Assembly: GCA_949358305.1 (NCBI GenBank)
Contig: OX442314.1
Location: forward strand, 15,004,001-15,068,000
Direction of reading: 5' to 3'
DNA from: Strigamia acuminata
Lineage: Eukaryota
DNA length: 64,000 nucleotides
Shown: positions 1-13,400 of the stretch, piece by piece
How the letters are laid out: each line of letters starts with the position of its first letter
Numbering within the stretch: position 1 is the first letter of the stretch
Notes under the pieces: generated by a model
The model's input: only the letters and a program-made list of their open reading frames with translations
Told to the model about the DNA's origin: nothing
The model's database searches: none
Program-made: the position numbers and the translations under genes

Positions 1-1420
1 TCGCAATTTTACTGTCACCGGCAACGTTTTGAGACAAAAAAAATGTATATGGAGTTTTGCATCTGCGTCGGCAAGTAAGCCGCTATTATATTCGGATGGT
101 TAACGGTGAAAACAGGAAAAAACTAACAACTCCTTTATAGCTTTAATTATGCAGTTTAAAATGATAATGAATCCACCATGGCAAAAGGGTTGAGATTCTT
201 TTTATTTTTTTTTTATTTTTTTTTACCTCTGGAAATTTGGTATGCAAATATGTTTTAATTTATTTTTATATTTTACTTTTTTTAATTTAAAAAAAGCAAT
301 TGTGTTTTGATGTGCTTTTTAGTTTAATTTATTGTTTTGAAAATGTGATAAGTCATGTTTTTTCGGGTTTTATTACTCGAAGCAGCATTCGGGGAAAAAT
401 ATGATAAAAGAAATGCATATTGAACATGTATGGACATTTGATATGATTTCAATCTCCGGTTTTATGATTGGATTTAGTTTTCTTTCTTTTTTATTTTTAA
501 AAAAAAATAAATATCGAAAGGAAAAAAAAGACTAGCAATGCAGAATTGATTTTGCAATCATGAGGAAAAAAATGCACGCGACTAGCGGAATAATAAATTT
601 GTTTTGATGTGCAGGTAAACTTTCCAAATGCCAATCTTGCATGTAATTCGAGGAACGATACGATTTTTAATTTTAGGTTTTTTGCTTGTTTGTTTTTTTG
701 GTTGCAAATGTACGAGTCAATTTCTGAAGCAAATAAAACATCAGCCTGAATTTCCTTTGTGCCACTTGGAAATTTCGTTTTTATCACCGGGTTTTGGCCC
801 CAGACTTGCTTTCCCCTTCGAACAAATTGCCAAGACTTCTTTCTGTCTTATTTTTTTGTTCCATCTTACAAGATGGATTTGAGTTGTTAGGGCCCATATC
901 TGCTGCCTTTTACCGCGAAAAGCTTGGGTGCAGGTGCGTGTTTTTCTAGTTCCTTCCTTTGCCTTTTGATACGTAAAATGGAATGGGCCGTTGAGAAAAA
1001 GTCGAGACTTGTTCGGCGCTTGCAGCTAAAAGCCACTTGCATCTGATCCTTATATAGGAAGAAAATTGTTGACAATTTTGGCATGGATACTCGTTGCCTC
1101 TTCTTTTTGCTTATATTTTTATTTTTATTGTCAAGTTGCTTTTTTTGTGGTTGACACTGGTGGTTTTTTTTACGATCTTTATTAGAAACTTAAATGTCGG
1201 ATCCAGTTGGTGTTTTTCTTTTCTCTTTTTTTGTGATGCCGTTTTGGGAAAGAGACCCGCGTTAATGACACTTGTCGGCGGTTTAAGAGGAAAAAAGAAA
1301 GATAAAAGCAAAAGTAAATAAATAATTGAGAATTTAATCATTTGCCACATCAATTTGCGTGTGATATACTTTGTTTTTTATTGTTTTTTTGAATATTTCT
1401 TATCTTTTCATTTCTTTCAG

Positions 1421-1484
1421 CCATCAAGGCTGAATGTTTACAAGAACGATACGGAAAGTTGGGATTACACCAATCCTAATCTAA
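1421..1484 (+). CDS. HNRNPL: hnRNP L exon: end of RRM2 (PSRLNVYKNDTESWDYTNPNL)
   Basis: tttctttcag acceptor, gtaagt donor at 1485; phase 0 in, phase 1 out. Confidence 0.95.
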
Positions 1485-4400
1485 GTAAGTAATCTTTGTT
1501 TATTTTTATTGCGTTTTGTTAATTATGATGATATTCGGGAATGGACATATTTTGCTATTCAATATATTGACGAGTTAAATTATTTCCGGGACGCTAGTTT
1601 ATAGATTAATGCGCAATTTATACGAGAGATTTAAGCTTAATTAGCTGAAGCGAATTTTGATTGCTTTTGATTTGATAATCTTACAGTGACTAAGCAAATT
1701 AAATAAATTCCTTTTTTTTTCTAAATTGTTTTACATTAAAATAGTTGGTTGCGAATTTGCATTTAATCGGAAATATTTGGTGGCTTATGTTCACTTATTA
1801 TAAATTAAATAATAGGTGACGGTAAGTGCAATTGCAGATGAGTAAATTACATGGCGTAGTCAAATCATCGATAATTAGGCTTGATGAGTTCAACAGAAAA
1901 TTGAAAATTATTAAACAAATATTTGAAATTGGCAGTTTTGCAAATGATAAGTTTCCATTGGGATTTTATGAGTAGACGTTTATCGGATAATGTGCATGAT
2001 ATCCGGAATTATATTAACATGCACAATTGATTGATTTGCATGAAAATCGACTTTACCATGTTTGTGCTCCGTTAATAGAAAATTTAATTATATTATATTT
2101 AGAACGAAAATAAAAAATAAAAAAAAAGCAGAGAAATTACAGTTTTTTCCCATTGAAATAATTTGTAGTTTTAGTTTAGCGGTGTTGAAAAGCGACGCGA
2201 GTAGGATATTTGGAGCGACAGTTGAACAAACTGTCAAAAATACTGATATTTGCGCATCCGCACGCAATAAACACAGCTCTTAGAATTGAATTTCTCCGAG
2301 GGAAAAACTAACGTTATGGAATTGGTGTGAAAATGTGCAGCAAAAATAACCAAATTACCTTGAGTATGCGAGCAATTGAAGATTTTCTTTCGTTTCCTCT
2401 TCATCTCCCATTCCCCCTACCCCAATTTATTTTTTATTTTTTTTATTTATAGAAAAAAAGCTTTAATGTAATAGCGCGCTGGCAGTTTAAAGTTATCGAG
2501 TAATTTGAGATTTTTGAGCAAGGGATTTTGCGGTTTATGTCGCGTCGAAAAAACAAAATGTTAAAAATTGGGTACCGGCTTAAAGCTAATTTGGGTTAAA
2601 TTTAAAATTTTCTAATTGTATGTACAGTGTACGATAAACTAAGCTGATAAATTTTTATTATTCAATTATTTAGTAGCTCGCCCATTCTTTCTTTAAAATC
2701 TGATTACGTTTTGGATTAGACTTTGAGATATTTAATTAAGGGGATTAGATGTTGTTTTAACAGAGCACAAACATAGCAATGTTATTTTTAGAGATAGAAT
2801 TTTAATTTGAAAATTGGTATTTCTGGAGATTTGATAAAACCAGTGGATACTGTCATAACGTTTAATGTTTGCATGGAGAAAGCTTATTCTATGGATGATT
2901 TTAGGATTAAAATCATTATTGAATATATATCTATATATATTTTCTATGTATTTGTATACAATTTTTAAAAACAAATTGGGATTTTTATTTAATTTTTGAT
3001 TTCGGTGTTGATAATTGCTGTAAGCTTTCTCTTGTATATTTGTATGTTTTGATTTTTCTATTTTACATAGGGCAAATTATTTGGTTGGCATTTGATATTG
3101 TGATGATATGTATATATCCGAGTGTCTGTTTAATTTTTTTGCTCTTATATTCAAGGGCAAAAAAACAAACAATTTAATTATACGATGAATGCGTGGAGTT
3201 GCTGTCTCTGTTAGGTTATAGACGATAAAACATAAATGCCACAAAGACACTTTAATCCATTTACACATTAGAGATGACAAAATGAAAAAAAAAATTTCTT
3301 AAGGTTTATACTTTTTTAGCTACCCCTTGGTTCCTCGTCCATGAGTGGCATGACTTATCCACTGGCCCTATTCAGAGTTGGCTAATATGCAAATCATACA
3401 CCACTTTTATAAATTAATATATATATGTATATGGTATATATATTAATTAAAAAATATATATAAACACTGAGTTTACAGTCGGAATATAGGTGGAGAAATG
3501 GAAGCTAACCACCTCAGAGCAACAGCATCCATCATCCATGAATTGCATCACAACATTTCACCAATCTACTACCCAACATTTGGATACCTTCCAAGGGACA
3601 TCACCATACCAACGAAAGATTACTTAAAAATGTGTCGTTTATTATTTTTATGTAGATATATCATGCCCCTTAATACTGAGTTTGCGCCAGATACTTTTTT
3701 CGTCTAGTTATGACAGATTTACGTAATAATCTTTGTTTGCGCAAAGGTTTCTTTACACGCACTGAATTTAATCGTTTGTTTACAACATTTACAGTTTTTA
3801 CATTGCTTAGTCATGGGCGTGAGAGCCAGAACCGAATGTGTCTTCGATGCGAGAAAGTGCAAACCACTTTAGTTGCACAACTACCGGATTGGTTACACTA
3901 TTTTTAATTTTGAGGGAAAAGTACCTGACGCAAATTCTCTAATGTTATTTGGACACTAAAAGTTGAGGCGTTATCTAAAGGAAAATAATTTATACATTGC
4001 AGTTAGTAATAGAAAACATTGCATATTTCTCTCTCTCTTTTCTCTTCTTTTATAACTTGAAATTTTTTCAAATTCTTTTCCGTTTGGGCTTTTCATTTAT
4101 TTTTATTCTATTTTTTTTATATTTTTTTTTTAAGAAAAATAATTGTTAGGTTCTTGTAAAATCGTAGTTTTAAGAGATTTTTTTCAGAAGAAATCTTTTT
4201 CTTTTTTCTTGAGAACGTGGTAATAAGGGTATTTATATATATAATATATATATTTATATATATAAAAATAACAACAATAAGCACAGAAATTTTTTGAACA
4301 CAACATGTGACAGTGAATCTTTAAAAAAAAAGATAGAAATAGAAATTTCACTTCAATTCACGGAATACAGTTTTCTTTTCTTTATTTAAAAAAAAAAAGA

Positions 4401-7400
4401 AATAATATAAACAAGAACAAGGTGATAAGTGCTGTGTTGATAAAACTGTTTCTCATATATATATATATGTATATACATGTATAATATATGTATGTATATA
4501 TATATGTATGTATATATTAAAAAAACATTCCATATTTTGCCATATACATCTGTGAAGTTCAAGAAGATAACCAATTAAAAACATGTGAATTTCTCTACTT
4601 ATAAATTAAATTTATACAAGAAGATAAAAAATGTGTGAAAGGATAACATCACAAACATTCAGATGACACCAGCCATTTGTCCCCACTTCGCCATGAAGAA
4701 CGAACTATTATCGGCTTTACATATACATTATTAGTATATGTGTATTGACCTATAACATTTAAAAGACTTATATAAAAAAATATACACTTTCAATCAACTT
4801 TTCAATCCCTCGATGTGTGTGGGTGCAGGATTAAAGTGAAGATCCTAATATCCTGTGTGACGGACACTGAGGGGGATTGGCATCGTTACAAACGACACCA
4901 TCTTTCTCCAACCACATACACTACTACACAACCCTTATGTGGGTGCCCTGCTTGTGGCACTCGTAAAAAGCCTGCCAGAGACAGTCAAAGTGCGCTTTAA
5001 AAAAATGAACCTCTCTTCCCCGACTGATGCCAGCCACGCAATCAATCTAACTTGTGTGAACACTGTTGTGTCTAGGCGGCGGACGATGGAGGAACAATGT
5101 GACTGTCAACCACCTTGCTGATGATGGCCTGTCGTGGACCAAGAAGATTTTACCTTGGATTATGATCTTCTCGACGCCGTTTGGGTGAGCGGTGGTATCC
5201 ACCAGTGATCTATTGTTTAAAGGAAAAAAAAATTCTATGATTAAATATTATAATGTTTTAAAATAATCATTGTTTAAAGGTAAAAGTGTTTGTTCGTTGG
5301 AGGGAGTGTTGAAAAATGTATGTTTTTTATATATATTGTGTTTTACCGATTAAGAGTCGCCCTCTAATTGTAGCCGCGACCGAGGGAGAGGCGATTTGAT
5401 ATAAGAGCCGCTCTCGAATAATAGCCGCGGCTATTAATTCGAGGACGGCTAAAGCGAGGTTTTTGTTACTACTGTATCGAGAAACGAATCGAAGGGAACC
5501 GAAATGCACAAAGTGACTTAGATATATGGTAAATATAATGAACGTAGAGCAAACAATGAACGTAACATTGATATCGGCCACTATTTGAAATAAGAGCCGC
5601 CCTCGATTAAGAGCCGCACTCAATTAATAGCCGTGGCTGAAGGTGGCAGTTTTGAATAAGAACCGCGGCTCTTAATCGCGAAAATAAGGTATATATATTT
5701 TTTGGTGGGATTGGTTTTTGATTTGACGCGGATACAGTCTTGAAAAAGGTGTAAAGTTGTCCCAGGGTGCGCACTTTAAGTTGTAAGGGTGGCATTTCTT
5801 TTTATTTTATTTTTCTGGTTTAAAGTGGCGAAAAAATTGGGTTTTAGCATCTAAAACTTTAAAAGATGGGCATCTTGGGAGGCATATACGCCTTCTAGTT
5901 TTTTTTTTCTATATTGTTTCGTTTGATGGATTTAAAGAGTGGACAAATTGTTACTTTGATCCGATGCGGAATTAATGAGTGGCAAGAGGTTGATGCAATG
6001 GCTTTTAGTCACAGTAATTCATTTATGCTTGTCGCATGAGTAATGAATATTGTAGAGGGTTTACTTGGCAATGATTAAGTATGGGAAGAACTGAAGAGCT
6101 ATTCTGTTTGGCAGCGGATCAAAACGATGCTAATGATTGTTGAAGAAGCAAACAGCTAACTCTGAATAGAGGGCTCTTTTTGTGCCTCGTGGAAGGGGAT
6201 GCCGACACCCAACTGTCTTGAAAAATTGTTGTCCATTTATTATTTTTGTTTTAGCTAATGAGAATACCCGTATATGATAATTTTAGGGAAAAGTTTACTG
6301 TTTCAATTAAATTGAGGAGAAAAATGATAATACTTCAGCTAAATTCAGTGGCGTCAATTAATTTTGGTTGGATTTAGTCCGTGATTAATTTATTTAGCAA
6401 TTTGGTTTTGATTTTGGTTTTTTTTTTTGCGTGCGTGCGACAAGATTGTTTGAGGAAAAAAATTGAGTCGTAGAAAAACGAGTATATCCTCTTTCCACCT
6501 GTAGGTTTTTTTATCTCTGAATTTTTTTTTGATTTGTTGTCTCTGGGGAACATCATTTGAGGAACAAGGTTTAAAGTTACAATATTGAATTATATTGAGT
6601 AAAAGGAAGACTAGGTATAATATAATAAGGAAAAAGAGGGGGAAATATGAAGAAACATTTTAGATTATTTGGTTTCTAGTGGACTCTTTAATTTTATTTA
6701 TTTAAGTTTTTTTTATGGATATGATGTATGAGTTTAGATTCTTTGACTCGAAATTTGCGAGGTCGGAATGTTATTCACTTTGTAAATTCAAATTTATGCC
6801 GGGTGGAAATTCAGATTTAGTAGAAAGTCTATTCCTTTTGCCGACAAATGGTTATTACAGTTGTGTAAAGGTATAAAAAAAAATTTCTAACAAGAAACTG
6901 GCTCATTGCACATGATTCATGTTAAATGAAATGAGTTGGGTAGTCACAAATGAAATATGCGTGTGAGCAAGCATTAGACTGAATATATATAGCTGCTCCC
7001 CCCAACTCCCACCCATTGCTCTTTCGTTGGGTTTCTCTCCAATAAAAGATTGTGATAGTGAATTATGAGAAAACTACGTTTGTGTGGCAAATGCTCGGCT
7101 TGAAATTTGATTTTGGATTTGTTCTTGTTGTTTTACTTAAACCCACTATCGATTCAAAATGAAATTTGCCTGTCGTTTTCCTAAACTGCGATTTTTCACG
7201 AGATCAATTTAGAAATTAGGCTCGCGGAATGCGAAAGTTGTTGTTGTGCTAAAAAATAGCGAAGAAAAACAGGAAATGTGGCCTATAAGTAGGATTTGGC
7301 CATTGTATACTCTGATGAGACTCTTTACTCTCTAGAGATGTTGTCTTGGTAGCGATGTTGATGCTGTTGCTAAGATACTGCGAGGAAAAGAGACGGTGCA

Positions 7401-10400
7401 AGCAGGAAACTAATGTTTTTTTTTCTTCTCTTTTCTTTCTTTTCTTAGGATCTTGTCGTTTTTATTTACTAGTTTTCCATTAGCATCTAGTGCCTGAGTG
7501 TTGATGCGACAAGAGTTTAGGCTTTTTTTTCTCTTTCCTTCTGTTACAGGTTATCTACGTAGATAAGTAAAGTAGTGCAAGTTGATAAAGAAAGCGTGTA
7601 GATAAAGCTAAACGTAAAATTAATTACATTTTTTTTTCTTTCTGTTTTCAGTTTATTTTTATTTTATGTTTTTGTGTTTTATTTATTTCATGTTAATATA
7701 TAATGGCACTTTGTGTGCACTCGTGATTTGTTTTTCTTGTTTTTTTGTTGTATAGTTTGCTTAAAGAAACTTATCCATTATTGAACAGCTGAAGACTCTA
7801 ATTTTTTTGAGTGTGTTTGTATATCTTCTTGGCACTCTGAATTCTCATTGGTAATTCTGTACAAAGACCCTTGAAAATAGTGCCCTGGAGCTGCATGACA
7901 GTGAAAGGAAAGAGAAAATATGAGAAATAGAGAGAGAGAAAAATCGGTTAAATATAACCGTAAGAAGTAGTGCGCTCTGCTTAAGGCATTCGAAATGGGA
8001 AAGAAAGAATAGGATAAGGGAAGAAAAAACATGAAATTTATTTGAATTGTTTATTGCCTTTGTCTGTGATTCGGAACATCGGTGATCTTTTGTTGTTTTT
8101 GGACATGTTGCTCCCTTCAAAGGGAATTGCTTATACTAGAACGAGAAAGTCAACTTCCATTAGACTCGTGGACTCGAAGAGTTTGTCTTCTTTTATTTAA
8201 AAGTAGAATGAGAGGGGAAAAAAATTGAAGTTTACCAGATGTTCACTTATCTCTAAAAATTCAAGTTGGTGTAAGTTTAGTTTATTTTTAATGGGATTTA
8301 GTTGATGGCTGCTGGAGTTGTCCTGGTTTCGGTTTATTTGTACAAATTTAGTGGCGCGAAGTTGATGGAAGGGAGTTGAAGAAAAAAGAATGTTAAGTTT
8401 GTTATCTCAGTAAGTAATTGAAGCGTCACGAGCTAATGTGCAGCCACCTGTTAGATGTGAGGATAAGATCTTTGTGCAAGGTTTAGTGAATGTGATGTGA
8501 CAGCCACGAGGAATCGCTTTCTCCGCTCCTTGCTCCATAAGCAAGTTGATAGCAATGGTAGTAATCGTCAGAGCACGGAAGATCGATGCACCATATCCCG
8601 AGGTTATGTGCACTATCATCACCTTAGCACGTGTAGATCAGTGTCGATGTTGACATGGTGCACATTTTCATTCTGTTGTTGTACTCTACAGCAGCCGGAT
8701 TCGATATCAAAGAAAATTTCGAGTTGAGGCTGAGCCCCTTAATGTTGTTGGCAAACAACAATTTTTTTTTTATGCCGGATAAAAATGTTGTTTTCTTGGG
8801 CTTTTGCGTTTAACCATTGAAATTCGCTTGATGAGGAAGGTCGATTTTCGAGATTGTTTACCTCAAAGAAAACCCGCTCGGGAATCGCATGCAATAGTAA
8901 ACAAGCTGATTACTTTATATTTCTGTACATTTGAGAGCAAGTTAAATATTAAGTCTTCATGGGGGAAAATGCTCGGATATTTGCCTATAAGATTGAATTT
9001 TTTCCTTGATTATAAGGTAGGGCATGTGAGCTTTTCATTTTTCATATTTTTTGCTAGCAAGTTTTCTGTTTGTTCATAAAAGAGCAGTCGGGGTTTATGG
9101 AGTTGGTTTGTTTGAGATTAAAATTTTACAAAATACCCCGGATTAAAAATTTAGGTGTTTAATGCACTGTTTATGGAGTGTGGGTTTATGTGGTTAAAGT
9201 TTTAGAAAGTATGAAATATTAAAAACTAGATAAGTAATCTAAAAGTGAGCACACTTCCTCTGGATTTAAATGAATTTTTAATGTGAATTACGACGTAGTT
9301 TCGTGCATTGCAACGTTTTGAAAATGAGTTAAATCGTTTGATTTTGCAAGGTGCGAGTCGGGCAGCCAACTGGTCGCGAATTTAAATGTTTATTTTTAAA
9401 GCGTCCCAATTTAAAGTTTAATCAAGTGAGTATATTAGTAGTGCCTTATGATGTTATATTTATTATCGTTGACAAAGGATTTCATCCAAATCGATATCTA
9501 CCAGTTGTGGATGTTCTTTTGTAAGCAGGTAGATGGACTGGAAAGCATCGATTTTGGCTGACTTTCCGTCTAAATAGCTAGAACAGCATGTTTTGGTGCT
9601 AAAATCTTGGGCGAGCACTGTTTTGAATATAAAATACCGTTTGCGTTCAATTTCCTGGTTTTTACAAGGTTGCTTGACACAACATCTGCTCTTTTTCGTT
9701 GTTCGTAACATGTAAATAGGTATTTATAATTGTAATTACGGTAATTGACTTATTTGGAGGGTTAAAAATACTGCAGTAAATGTATAGCAGCAGGATTTTG
9801 ATTAAAATGACTCTCGCATGTATGAAATTTAAAGCGTCTCTGAGAGGCACATGTTTTCCGCTTGAATTTATTTATTTTTTATTTTCTTTTTCTTTTTTGG
9901 GAGTGAAGGAAATGTTTTAGAGTAGCTGTGTACTGCAAACACGAAGCAGTGAATGTACAGTATTTTTTTCTTCTCCCGCCAGGCCATGTTTAAGTGAAAA
10001 CAAGTGTGCTTAGAGGAAGGATTTCTTTGAAAAGTTTTAATCATTAATATTAGATTGGTAAAAGTTATTTTGTGCAAGTAAATTGAATTTGAGTCGTATT
10101 GGAGGAGAGTGAAATATTAAACAGAAGATGAATGTTGACACACTCCTTAAAAAGGAGAAGTCTGAAGATTTTGCGCCGAGAAATGTAATAAGTTAATCAC
10201 GTGCAAAACGAGAAAGCAAATGAATCAGCTTGAAATTGGAACTTTTATTCCCATTTTGTGGTTGGTGTGGGAAATGGTGCGTGTTATTTGCACGTTACGC
10301 TCGGAAGTTCTCACCACGAGCTTAGTAAAATGCGCCGAGTTTAATGGGTGACATGCAGTGTTATTTATAGCGTTCATACATGATGAACATTCACGTTGGT

Positions 10401-13400
10401 CCTTGATCAAATTAATAAGCCCACAATGAATAGGGGGTCTGGTCTCTGGACTTTGTTTTCAAGTTAACCTTTCTTTGAAGTTTCTTGATATATGTCAGAA
10501 CAAAAGGAATTCCAGGTTCAGCAAATGCCAAAAGATTGTCTCGTGTCTGTGTGGTAGGGCTAAAATTGGTTGTTCTTTAGTGGAGGGGACCAGTAAAAGT
10601 TATCTGCAGCTGACGATGGAACAAATATCTGTCTTGCTTTAGATCACATGTTTTCTAGAGCATGAAGCGATGTGGCAATTTGTTACTCTATTGGGAAGTT
10701 GGCACTGCTGGATGCAGTGTAACGAAAAGAAAAAAAGAAGAGGAGAAAGAGTAGAGAGAGCAAATTTGCAATGTCCAATCGGCTAGAAATTGTATATTGG
10801 GGAAAAAATTTCAAGTATAAATTGAATGCCTCGACTATTACATGCTTGACTTTAAAAATTGACGAATTGATGTTTATTTATTTTTTTTTTATTTTTTTTT
10901 TTATTGTTTATTTTTTTTTTAAATTTCAGGATTTGTGTGTCTAAATACACGCCAGAATGCTGTCAGAATATTGCATATATTGTATCTTACATTTTTGTTT
11001 TGTTTTATACAGATAAAAATCCTGAGAGACCAGGACCCCTTTTACAAGAACCTCGTTTCGGAAGTGCTCCTACGCCATACCGTAAGTACCCACCTCTCTC
11101 TGACTTTATTTCATTTTATTTAAAGGTTAAAACGAGACGCAATAGTGGTTTTTATTTCATAGTTTGTCGGGTGTTTGTGTGCAGATATCACTCCATTGCG
11201 GCTGTTCTCCGTTGTAAATAGTTTTAATGTCTTATGTCAACTGCGAAGTCAGTTCAAATAGTGAATTTAAACGAGTCGACAGCATTCGAATTCTTTGTCT
11301 TGTCAACAATACCGCCGCCCAGATGTGAAACAGGGCTTGAAGCGTTGCGAGTAACTGCGCTCATTCATTTTATGTCTTTTAATGTTTGTGGCTTTGCTTT
11401 TGTTATGCCAATAATCCCCCGAGCCGATGCTTGTACATTGTGCAATAGTGTATGGTTAATAGTTAATCAAGTTTGGATGCTGGTCCTGTGTAAATCAATT
11501 AGGTCGGCCTGTTGTTCAAACTTACAATGGAACGTAAGGTTGTAAACATTGCGACTAATTAGTAAGGGGTTCGTGTACTAGTCTCGGCTATTGATTATGC
11601 GGGGAGATAATGAGCTACGGTCGTATGTTGGTTTTGCCTCGAAGATCCTGTTTAATTTGAAGTTTTTTTGGCGGGATTTTGGGGTTTCGCTGTTTGTTTT
11701 TCTTCAATTTATCTTTTGTTTTAGATTGGATTTGTGGTTGTTGCGTTGTTTGGTCACTTGTTATTGGTTCATTTGTACGGGGATATTGAATTTGCTGAGC
11801 GAGATTAAAGGTTTTTATTAATATAGGAGACTGGGGGGCAAATTTTTGAGGTAATTAAATTTCTCCGTTCTGCCTTTTGTCCGATTTGATGTAGAATCAA
11901 TATTGCTAATTATAATCTTTTGTTAATGAGTGAGTGGCTAGGAAAGGGGTAGTTTGGAAATTGGAACCGCGTTTGAAATATCGGATTACCAAAATTAATT
12001 GATGGTAAAGAAGGGTTTATTTTTGTTTTTCTAAATTTTGTCAAAATTGTTTTTTCGCAGATATTAATGAATGACGATTTTTTAAAATCCTTATTAATAA
12101 TTACAGAAATTTCGAATGAGCTGGTTTCAGGGTTATTTTGATGAATATTTAATCAAATGTTTAATAATAATAATAGGTTATTTATTATAGAGGTAGTATT
12201 AGTTTAACTGGATTTCAGGCATTAAGTTTAGAGTTTGATGGAATTAAAGATTAAAATAAAATATTAATTAATAATACAGGTGAAGGGAAATTAAGGATGT
12301 TGGTGGTTTAATTAAACGACAGTTTAGTTGAAGTTTTTTAAGATTTCTTTGAGTTTTAATTCTGTGCTAATTAATTTAGTTTTGAGTTTCAAAAGATTAT
12401 GCCACTTCAATTTGTTCATTTAATTTTAAAACAAAAAAAAAAACTTAGAATAGAATAGAATTTCTTTTTTAAATATAAATTACTCGTTAAATTGCTCTTT
12501 TCTTAGAATCGATTCTTTTTTTTTTCTGTAAACAGTAAGAAAATAATGGAAAAAGTGGGATTCAATTTATTTTCTAATAAATAGGTTTGGTTGTTGTGAT
12601 GCATGTTGAAATGAAATAAATATATACGTAGGTAAAAAGGGCGTCATTTTTGTGATGGGAAGTGCAGGCTTGTTCATTTTTTTTTTTTTTTTTTTTTTAT
12701 ATATATATTTTTTTTCTTCTTCCGTTTTTTCGTTTTTGCACTTTACAAGATTCTATTAAATGTTAGAGCAACTGTAATGGGATCGGCCATGCAGCTGTTT
12801 GAAATAACAGGAATTCTTTTCACTGCTTCTCACTTGCTCTCTTCAAACTGAAGAAAGAAGGGTTTTCTGTCTCCATTTTACTCAAGGCTTTTTCTCCGTT
12901 TCTCCCTTCCCCACTTTCTACCTCTTCCATTTCCACCGGCAGGAATTGATTAGAAGCACGGCTGAGTTGGCCTGAACAAACATGGGTACACTTCAAACTT
13001 CTCTATTTTTCCTCGTCTGTGAGGGGTTTTTCTCCTTTTGCCATACGCTCGATTCCCTTCCATTTTATCTGAAGCATGCACTTTTAGCCTTGCTTCTTCT
13101 ACTAAGTTGCTGGCATTAGATGTGCTGTGAAAACAGGAGATTACATAGTTTTATCGCATGTAAAATTACATTACGTTCTTGGTGCTTAACATTTTTGCTA
13201 GAATGGACATGTATAAAAATAGGCTCTTAATTATCGTTGGAAAAAGGTTTTTTGCGGGGGAAGAATGGGGATTGTGGGAATTAGTCACTTGACCCGGTCA
13301 TTTTCCTCTGACATGTAATTTTGTGAAGGGATTTTGTAGGAAATGTTGACTTTAAGTTGCGTTCGCTCAACACAATAAGTGCTCGGTTGAAGTGGAAGTG

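Noticed and set aside
497..1353. Short ORFs from the track (F/L/K-rich), representative of most listed ORFs
   Set aside because: They are translations of poly-T/poly-A intronic sequence, with no domains or supporting splice structure.
5191..5214. ggtgg-tat-ccacc hairpin followed by ctat, as a possible Helitron 3' end
   Set aside because: The stem is only 5 bp and the terminus is CTAT rather than CTRR.
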